DNA of 60,537 nucleotides from Escherichia coli (GTDB lineage Bacteria; Pseudomonadota; Gammaproteobacteria; Enterobacterales; Enterobacteriaceae): NCBI RefSeq assembly GCF_003334255.1, contig NZ_QOWU01000027.1; one strand, 5' to 3'. Shown piece by piece: positions 57,438 to 60,537 of this stretch (position 1 is its first letter; each line of letters starts with the position of its first letter). The notes under the pieces were generated by a model. It saw only the letters and a program-made list of their open reading frames with translations, ran no database searches and was not told where the DNA came from. The position numbers and the translations under genes were made by a program.

Positions 57438-58097
57438 ATGAGTGAATCCGCGTTTAAGGATTGCTTTTTAACGGATGTTTCAGCCGATACGCGGCTGTTT
57501 CATTTTTTAGCGCGTGACTACATTGTGCAGGAAGGGCAACAGCCGTCCTGGCTGTTTTACCTGACGCGAGGCCGCGCCAGGCTTTACGCCACGCTAGCTA
57601 ATGGTCGCGTGTCGCTGATCGATTTCTTTGCCGCCCCCTGTTTTATTGGCGAGATTGAGTTAATCGATAAAGACCATGAACCGCGTGCGGTGCAGGCTAT
57701 TGAAGAGTGTTGGTGCCTTGCGCTCCCTATGAAACATTACCGTCCGCTGTTATTAAACGACACGCTATTTTTACGAAAACTCTGCGTCACCTTAAGTCAT
57801 AAAAATTATCGTAATATTGTTTCTTTAACTCAGAATCAATCATTTCCGTTAGTGAATCGCCTGGCAGCATTTATATTACTCTCGCAGGAAGGTGATCTTT
57901 ATCACGAAAAGCATACGCAAGCGGCAGAGTATTTAGGCGTTTCTTATCGACATCTTTTATATGTTCTCGCGCAGTTCATTCACGACGGTTTATTAATTAA
58001 AAGCAAGAAAGGGTATCTCATTAAAAACAGAAAGCAGTTGTCAGGACTGGCGCTGGAGATGGACCCGGAGAATAAATTCTCCGGGATGATGCAGTAA
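57438..58097 (+). CDS. yeiL: CRP/FNR-family regulator YeiL
   Basis: cNMP-binding-like fold plus a C-terminal HTH ([18 protein letters not shown]); 219 aa from the ATG at 57438. The ORF-track start at 57399 is a GTG extension. Confidence 0.88.
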
Positions 58098-58120
58098 AAA
58101 TTATTTTCAATAGCGCGATT

Positions 58121-58157
58121 GCCGGATGCAACGCTTAATACGTTTTATCCGGTCTAC
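58121..58157. repeat. REP element
   Basis: GCCGGATGCAACGCTTAATACGTTTTATCCGGTCTAC. Confidence 0.8.
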
Positions 58158-58167
58158 AAATCGAGCA

Positions 58168-59418
58168 TTACGCCAGACCAATAAAGAACCCGGCAATAGT
58201 CGCACTCATCAGGTTGGAAAGCGTTGCTGCTGCCAGCGCCCGTAAACCAAGCTGGGCGATTTCCGGCGCGCGTTTTGGCGAAATAGCCGAAAATGCGCCA
58301 ACGACAACACCGATAGAACCAAAGTTAGCAAAACCACAAAGCGCAAAGGAGATAATCGCAATGGTTTTCACTTCCAGCGTGCCGCCCGTTTGCAGGTATG
58401 GGGAGAAACTCAGGTAAGCGACGAATTCGTTAATCGCCAGTTTCTGCCCAATCAGGCTACCCGCAAGATTGGCATCACTCCAGTCCACACCCATGATCCA
58501 CGCCAGCGGTGCCAGCACATAGCCAAAAATACTTTCCAGAGAGGCATTGGCGAAACCAAACCAGCCGCCAATTCCGCCGATAATGCCGTTGATCAGCGCA
58601 ATAATTGCGACAAACGCCATTACCACCGTCGCCACACCAGCGGCGATTTTTAGCCCGGTCATCGCACCGCTCGCCGCCGCTTCGATAAAGCTTTTTGGCG
58701 GCGTTTCGCTGAACGACAGATTTTCAAATGTGACCTGCGAAGGCTCGGTTGCCGGGCTAAGAATACGTGCAAACAAAATCCCGCCAGGGATCGCCATCAG
58801 CGATGCCGCTAACAGGTAGTCAATTGGTACGCCCATTCCGGCATAACCAATCATCATCGAACCAGCAATGGACGCCATCCCGCTACAAATTGCGGTAAAC
58901 AACTCGTTGCGATTCATGCGATCGATAAACGGTTTAACGATCGCCGGGATCTCATTTTGCCCGAGGAAAATAGTAGTAACCGCAACAAAAGATTCGATTT
59001 TGCTGATGTTGAGGGCTTTCTGGAAAATGCTGCCAAGGATGCGAATCAGCAGCCCCATCACGCCAATGTAGTACAGCAGACTGATGAGCGCAGTAACGAA
59101 AATAATCGCCGGAAGTACGCGAAAGGCGAAGATAAAACCCGCACCGTCAAACAGGACATCCATTTTCGGCCCAACCAGCGAACCAAAAATGAAGGCGCTA
59201 CCGGCATCACTGTAAGACATCACTTTATGAACGCCTAATGCCGCCTGTTCTACTGCCCATTTTCCCGGTGGGAAGTAGAGCATGATGCCACCAATAGCGA
59301 TTTGCAGCAGCAGTGCGGCTCCAACCGTGCGCAAACTGATGCTCTTTTTATTCACTGACAACAGAAATGCTATTGCCAGTAACACCACCATCCCCACAAC
59401 ACTTCTCATTATATCCAT
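58168..59418 (-). CDS. psuT: NupC-family putative pseudouridine transporter PsuT (YeiM)
   Basis: 416-aa ORF, colinear and gap-free against NupX. Confidence 0.94.
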   Translation of the reverse strand: MDIMRSVVGMVVLLAIAFLLSVNKKSISLRTVGAALLLQIAIGGIMLYFPPGKWAVEQAALGVHKVMSYSDAGSAFIFGSLVGPKMDVLFDGAGFIFAFRVLPAIIFVTALISLLYYIGVMGLLIRILGSIFQKALNISKIESFVAVTTIFLGQNEIPAIVKPFIDRMNRNELFTAICSGMASIAGSMMIGYAGMGVPIDYLLAASLMAIPGGILFARILSPATEPSQVTFENLSFSETPPKSFIEAAASGAMTGLKIAAGVATVVMAFVAIIALINGIIGGIGGWFGFANASLESIFGYVLAPLAWIMGVDWSDANLAGSLIGQKLAINEFVAYLSFSPYLQTGGTLEVKTIAIISFALCGFANFGSIGVVVGAFSAISPKRAPEIAQLGLRALAAATLSNLMSATIAGFFIGLA

Positions 59419-59511
59419 AATGATTTTCCCTTCATGCCGGTAAACCCGGCGTCAGCGCCAGGTTTTGGTATGCTTGATGAGTACGGGCGACGGCTTTCTG
59501 CCCGTCAGAAA

Positions 59512-60450
59512 TTAACCCGCGAGACGCTGATATTCTTTGGCAATTTCGCTCGCCAGAATGGCGTTGTTGAACACCAGCTGGATGTTGGATTTCAGGCTGT
59601 CACCGCCGGTCAGTTCAGCAACGCGCGCCAGCAGGAATGGCGTACTTTCTTTACCAATGACTCCCTGAGCTTCAGCTTCAGCTACCGCCTGATCGATCGC
59701 CGCATTGATAGTGTGTTCCGGCATAGCAAACTGTTCCGGGATCGGGTTCGCTACCACGAGGCCACCGTTCAGACCGCTTTGCCATTTCACCGCCATTGCA
59801 CGGGCAATTTCGCTGGCGCTGTCGAGACGAATGCTGACGTCAAACGGGCTGGTGCGGCAGAAAAACGCAGGCAGCGCTTTAGTCTGATAGCCAATTAACG
59901 GCACACCGAAGGTTTCTAAATACTCAGTGGTTAATCCTAAATCGAGAATAGATTTCGCCCCGGCACAAACAACGGTGACATTAGTATTTGCCAGTTCTTG
60001 CAAATCGGCAGAAATATCGAAGGTATGTTCCGCCCCGCGATGCACACCACCAATTCCCCCGGTGGCAAATACTTTAATTCCGGCAAGCGCCGCAATAATC
60101 ATCGTTGAAGCCACAGTGGTTGCGCCATTTTTTCCGGCGGCAACAACAAAAGGTAAATCGCGACGACTAACTTTGGTCACGTTATGCCCTTCACGACCCA
60201 GTAATTCAATTTCTTCTTTGCTTAACCCCACTTTCATCACGCCGCCAATAATGGCGATCGTGGCAGGTACAGCGCCCTGTTTACGAATAGTTTCTTCAAC
60301 TTCAATTGCGGTCTGGGCATTTTGTGGGAACGGCATCCCGTGAGAAATAATGGTCGATTCCAGCGCCACAACCGGTTTTTTGTTTTTTAAAGCGTCCTGC
60401 ACTTCCGGGGAAATTTGTAATAATTCAGGGGAAATTTTTAATTCAGACAT
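59512..60450 (-). CDS. psuG: Pseudouridine-5'-phosphate glycosidase PsuG (YeiN)
   Basis: 312 aa from the ATG at 60450 (MSELKISPELL...), with indigoidine-synthase-A-like family sequence. The 8-codon extension in the ORF track runs into IS1 and is an artefact. Confidence 0.95.
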   Translation of the reverse strand: MSELKISPELLQISPEVQDALKNKKPVVALESTIISHGMPFPQNAQTAIEVEETIRKQGAVPATIAIIGGVMKVGLSKEEIELLGREGHNVTKVSRRDLPFVVAAGKNGATTVASTMIIAALAGIKVFATGGIGGVHRGAEHTFDISADLQELANTNVTVVCAGAKSILDLGLTTEYLETFGVPLIGYQTKALPAFFCRTSPFDVSIRLDSASEIARAMAVKWQSGLNGGLVVANPIPEQFAMPEHTINAAIDQAVAEAEAQGVIGKESTPFLLARVAELTGGDSLKSNIQLVFNNAILASEIAKEYQRLAG

Positions 60451-60460
60451 TCTGCGTTCT

Positions 60461-60537
60461 GGTGATGCTGCCAACTTACTGATTTAGTGTATGATGGTGT
60501 TTTTGAGGTGCTCCAGTGGCTTCTGTTTCTATCAGCT
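60461..60537 (+). mobile_element. insA: IS1, left end (terminal inverted repeat and start of insA); truncated by the window edge
   Basis: GGTGATGCTGCCAACTTACTGAT at 60461-60483 is the IS1 terminal IR as I recall it. The following sequence, ...TTTAGTGTATGATGGTGTTTTTGAGGTGCTCCA GTG GCT TCT GTT TCT ATC AGC T, gives the InsA N-terminus (M)ASVSIS from the GTG at 60516. Confidence 0.85.

Noticed and set aside
60461-60537. Cloning-vector contamination: the same 77 nt occur next to the Tn9 cat cassette in pACYC184-type plasmids
   Set aside because: The match begins exactly at the IS1 terminal inverted repeat. Tn9-derived vectors carry this sequence only because Tn9 is flanked by IS1, so a chromosomal IS1 copy is the simpler explanation. 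It cannot be fully excluded without sequence beyond the window.

Overview
This window is an Escherichia coli K-12-like chromosomal segment. Every intact protein matches, by my recollection, the length and sequence of the K-12 yeh/yoh/yei region. It holds about 50 protein genes on both strands and no rRNA, tRNA, CRISPR array or prophage. Gene order: decayed molR/yehH pseudogene (the window starts inside it), yehI, yehK, yehLMPQ, yehR, yehS, btsRS, mlrA, yohO, yehWXY-osmF, bglX, dld, pbpG, yohC, yohD, yohF, mdtQ, yohP, dusC, yohJK, cdd, sanA, yeiS, preTA, mglBAC, galS, yeiB, folE, yeiG, cirA, lysP, yeiE, yeiH, nfo, yeiI, nupX, rihB, yeiL, psuT, psuG. The best candidate for an uncharacterised system is the translationally coupled yehLMPQ cassette: a MoxR-type AAA+ ATPase, a 759-aa TraB-like plus helical protein, a VWA/MIDAS protein and a double-SWIM zinc-finger protein. 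It sits next to tandem giant DUF4132-type paralogues, one intact (yehI) and one dead (molR). A previously unannotated-looking promoter, hairpin and terminator unit lies between yehK and yehL and could be an sRNA or a leader. Three lesions or insertions stand out: (1) cirA carries a 1-nt deletion that splits it into two ORFs; (2) the last 77 nt of the window are the terminal inverted repeat and insA start of IS1, placed 10 nt upstream of the psuG start codon; (3) molR has at least two frame-breaking lesions. Other notable items are a GC-rich multi-hairpin island between yohP and dusC, a duplicated nucleoside-transporter module (nupX/psuT) with a conserved 28-nt leader box, an RBS-sequestering hairpin in front of nfo, REP/BIME clusters, and recognisable CRP, CytR, GalS and Fur sites. 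All calls come from reading the sequence and the ORF track and from recalled family knowledge. No database search was run.
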